A stretch of 52,019 nt of DNA. Source: a virus. Lineage: Duplodnaviria > Heunggongvirae > Uroviricota > Caudoviricetes. Position 1 is the first letter of the stretch; each line of letters starts with the position of its first letter. Positions 50,601 through 52,019 of this stretch are shown one piece after another. The stretch spans positions 1 to 52,019 of IMG/VR virus record IMGVR_UViG_2724679140_000011; one strand, written 5' to 3'. The notes below the pieces were generated by a model, which was not told where the DNA came from, did not search any database, and saw nothing but the letters and a program-made list of their open reading frames with translations. The position numbers and the translations under genes are program-made.

Positions 50601-52019
50601 GGTGAACTCCGTCTGCATACGGGAGGTCTGCAGAACAGCCACGGACAAATACAGTCTGTGGGCGACATGTTGCTCAACAGTGTACGGGGCGTTGTGGACA
50701 ACGTCTCTGGTCTGATTCGCAGTGGTTCCGCCATTACGCTGAACGCCCTGCAGTTTATCAATCGCCACACGCAGAATACCGGCCAGGGGCTGGAAGCGCA
50801 GACAATACACATCACGACGCAGGACCTTGATAACCAGGAGGGCAGTATTCTGGCAGACAGGGCGCTTACGGTTATGGCAGACAGGACGCTCAGTAATAAT
50901 GACGGCGTCCTATCTTCCGGCGCGACATTGTCTGTCAGTGGCCGTCAGCTGGCGTTTTCGAACCGTGACGGCGTGGTTAAGGCCGGGCAGTCAGTATCTG
51001 TGGATGCCGGTCAGCTCGGTGGTGACGGGAAGCTGCTTTCGCTGGGCAATATGACGCTGAAAAGTAACACAACGTTCAGCAACAGTGGTCAGACTATTGC
51101 GAACGGAAACCTTACGCTTTCCGTTAATGGCGATGTCTCTAATACCGGCAGCCTGCTGGCAGGCAGCCGGCTTGACCTGAACAGCATCCGCCTTGAAAAC
51201 ACAGAGAAAGGTGAAATCAGTGCCGGGCAGACCTGGCTTAACGTGACGGACACACTGCTGAACCGTGGGCTGATTGACGGGAAATATACGCGTCTTCAGG
51301 CGAACACCCTGACGAATTCCGGTACCGGGCGAATCTACGGCGATGCTGTTGGTGTCTGCGCTGCCACATTTAATAATCTGGAAGAAAATGGCGTGGCGGC
51401 GACGCTGGCCGGGCGTGAGCGTGTGGACTTAGGGGTACAGACCCTGAATAACCGGACGCACAGCCTGATTTACAGTGCAGGTGATATGCATACTGGTGGC
51501 ATGCTGGATGCGAATGGTGCCGCCACGGGGAAAGCCGGTGTACTGAATAATCACAGTGCCACTATTGAAGCCGCCGGATATCTGGTACTGAGTGCCGGAC
51601 AAATCAATAACGTCAATGACCATTTCACCACGGAGCGCGTGGTGGTTTCCACGGAAAAGGTGACTGAGTATCAGCTCAGCGGCTCAGATAAACGCTGGAG
51701 CGCCGGTGAACCGGGCGTTTATGTGGATAACGATTCCAGTAACTCACTGAAAAAACTGCATACACCGGAAGGCGCCAGAGATAAATTCACGCAGTACGAT
51801 TACACCCGTACCGTGGAAGAAAACCGGGTAAAAGAATCCGACCCGGGAAAAATTCTGTCCGGTGCCGGCATGACGATTGTGGCAGACAAACTGCTTAATG
51901 ATAAGAGTCAGGTTGTTGCAGGCGGCCTGCTGACCATTCCGTCAGGAAGCGTGGAAAATGTCAGTGTCAGTGGCGAGCGGCATGTTACGGACTCAGGAAC
52001 ATCCACGTATTATTACCGT
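47631..52019 (+). CDS. cdiA: TpsA/CdiA-like filamentous exoprotein, 5' portion (runs off window end)
   Basis: Extended signal peptide MNRNCYRIIFNKARGMLMVVADIARSG; TPS domain with VIANPAGIS; long beta-helical repeats; open frame to position 52019. Confidence 0.9.
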   Translation, partial: MNRNCYRIIFNKARGMLMVVADIARSGRAGTSLSSRTGYPHRQRICRVTPLAFSLWLASGMVHSVNAAGIAADHGAPGHQQPTITQTASGIPQVNIQTPSAGGVSHNTYSQFDVGNKGVILNNAHNNVQTQLGGMVAGNPWLAKGEARIILNEVNSRNPSQLNGFVEVAGKKAQVVIANPAGISCDGCGFINANRATLTTGQPQMKNGSLTGFSVERGEIQITGKGMDASRTDYTDIIARSVKINAGIWAQDLKVTTGRNNVDIAHGQTEKKAADASSQPQVALDVSSLGGMYAGKIRLVGTETGVGVRNAGHIGAQAGAVTLTADGRIENSGSISAKTDVHLATTRELHNSGSVYAGQDTQIQSNGVFTHTGSVASRRNTRIQTARLTGGERSLLAAGVKDDGRLAAAGNLTVSTTGELAAHGQVLSGGDMQLKGQGLDLSNSRIQGQHTELDATSGNLSTQNVQLSAGTLSARTAGHFSNNGGTINADTLQISAQSLSNHRGKLIQTGTGDFSLNLPGGVDNREGLLAANGAVRLDALSLDNRRGKVQAVQSGSLQVKTTGAVDNQQGSLTASRDVRLNAQALNNDNGLISAAAGTGRIKTQQAVSNTEGRMESAGRLGISAGSLNNHQGTVVSDGLSVTLDGALDNTSGRLLSQKTLSVSGSELVSDDGLIQSGSDMTLDVQDGVLSNRNTKTRGGISSAGTLTVRAGMLNNQQGFIVGQKDMTLNAGTLDNRQGVLGSQASLQISSGTLMNQKGALKAGTDMLLSGGDVSNQEGTLAAGRDLNAHLNVLENQQGAVVSNGNSRLDVTRFDNQGGRLVAQQSLTLSSTDIINDASGLIQSGASLNLRADTLSNRNSGDRGGVISQGPMTLNAGTLDSTAGVLLSGDALSLTAGVVNNTSGQVVANGLLGWNSQALNNQSGLIQGRGISINTAGQTLDNRRGTLNSLQELTVSTGAMDNRGGTVGAKTTADLSTTSLDNREGGRLVSEGELRLHTGGLQNSHGQIQSVGDMLLNSVRGVVDNVSGLIRSGSAITLNALQFINRHTQNTGQGLEAQTIHITTQDLDNQEGSILADRALTVMADRTLSNNDGVLSSGATLSVSGRQLAFSNRDGVVKAGQSVSVDAGQLGGDGKLLSLGNMTLKSNTTFSNSGQTIANGNLTLSVNGDVSNTGSLLAGSRLDLNSIRLENTEKGEISAGQTWLNVTDTLLNRGLIDGKYTRLQANTLTNSGTGRIYGDAVGVCAATFNNLEENGVAATLAGRERVDLGVQTLNNRTHSLIYSAGDMHTGGMLDANGAATGKAGVLNNHSATIEAAGYLVLSAGQINNVNDHFTTERVVVSTEKVTEYQLSGSDKRWSAGEPGVYVDNDSSNSLKKLHTPEGARDKFTQYDYTRTVEENRVKESDPGKILSGAGMTIVADKLLNDKSQVVAGGLLTIPSGSVENVSVSGERHVTDSGTSTYYYR

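Noticed and set aside
47645-50815. Listed ORFs inside the cdiA region on either strand
   Set aside because: The continuous plus-strand frame from 47631 to the window end carries the TpsA features; the listed ORFs are overlapping out-of-frame artefacts.
1-52019. CRISPR arrays and rRNA genes
   Set aside because: No regularly spaced direct repeats with unique spacers and no rRNA-like conserved stretches were seen on reading the sequence.

Overview
The window reads as a Enterobacteriaceae (E. coli-like) accessory region made of at least three integrative elements in tandem plus a degraded chromosomal segment. (1) ~1.9-16.1 kb: a lambdoid-type early/immunity/replication module with a CI-like repressor and divergent Cro-like gene, palindromic operators, a zinc-ribbon/TOPRIM primase, an SF2 helicase, an excisionase-like gene and a tyrosine integrase, followed by a two-gene cargo operon. 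No lysis or structural genes are visible, so this may be a remnant or satellite-like element. (2) ~16.4-28.9 kb: a P4-like satellite bounded by a tmRNA (ssrA) 3'-end copy and a degenerate second copy, carrying a P4-type integrase, cos-like site, Ogr/Delta, Psu, a Sid-like gene, an AlpA/Vis-like gene and an alpha primase-helicase. Its integrase-to-cos cargo slot holds a nuclease-like gene plus SF2 helicase operon with Hachiman-like architecture. (3) ~29.0-35.1 kb: a frameshifted autotransporter adhesin pseudogene, Pin-invertase and IS3-transposase remnants, and an AT-rich two-gene operon. (4) ~35.3-52.0 kb: a third island starting at a tRNA-Ile 3' fragment with a P4-type integrase, several AT-rich unknown genes, and a cdiB-cdiC-cdiA contact-dependent inhibition locus with an HlyC-family acyltransferase; cdiA runs off the window end. 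The best candidates for an undescribed system are the cargo operon at 14947-16067, the Hachiman-like pair at 18402-21927 if it proves divergent, the orphan 534-aa gene at 37690-39294 and the AT-rich operon at 33200-34572. All protein calls rest on motifs read by eye and recalled family knowledge; no database search was run. Hand-derived coordinates may be off by 1-3 nt, and GC statements are visual estimates.
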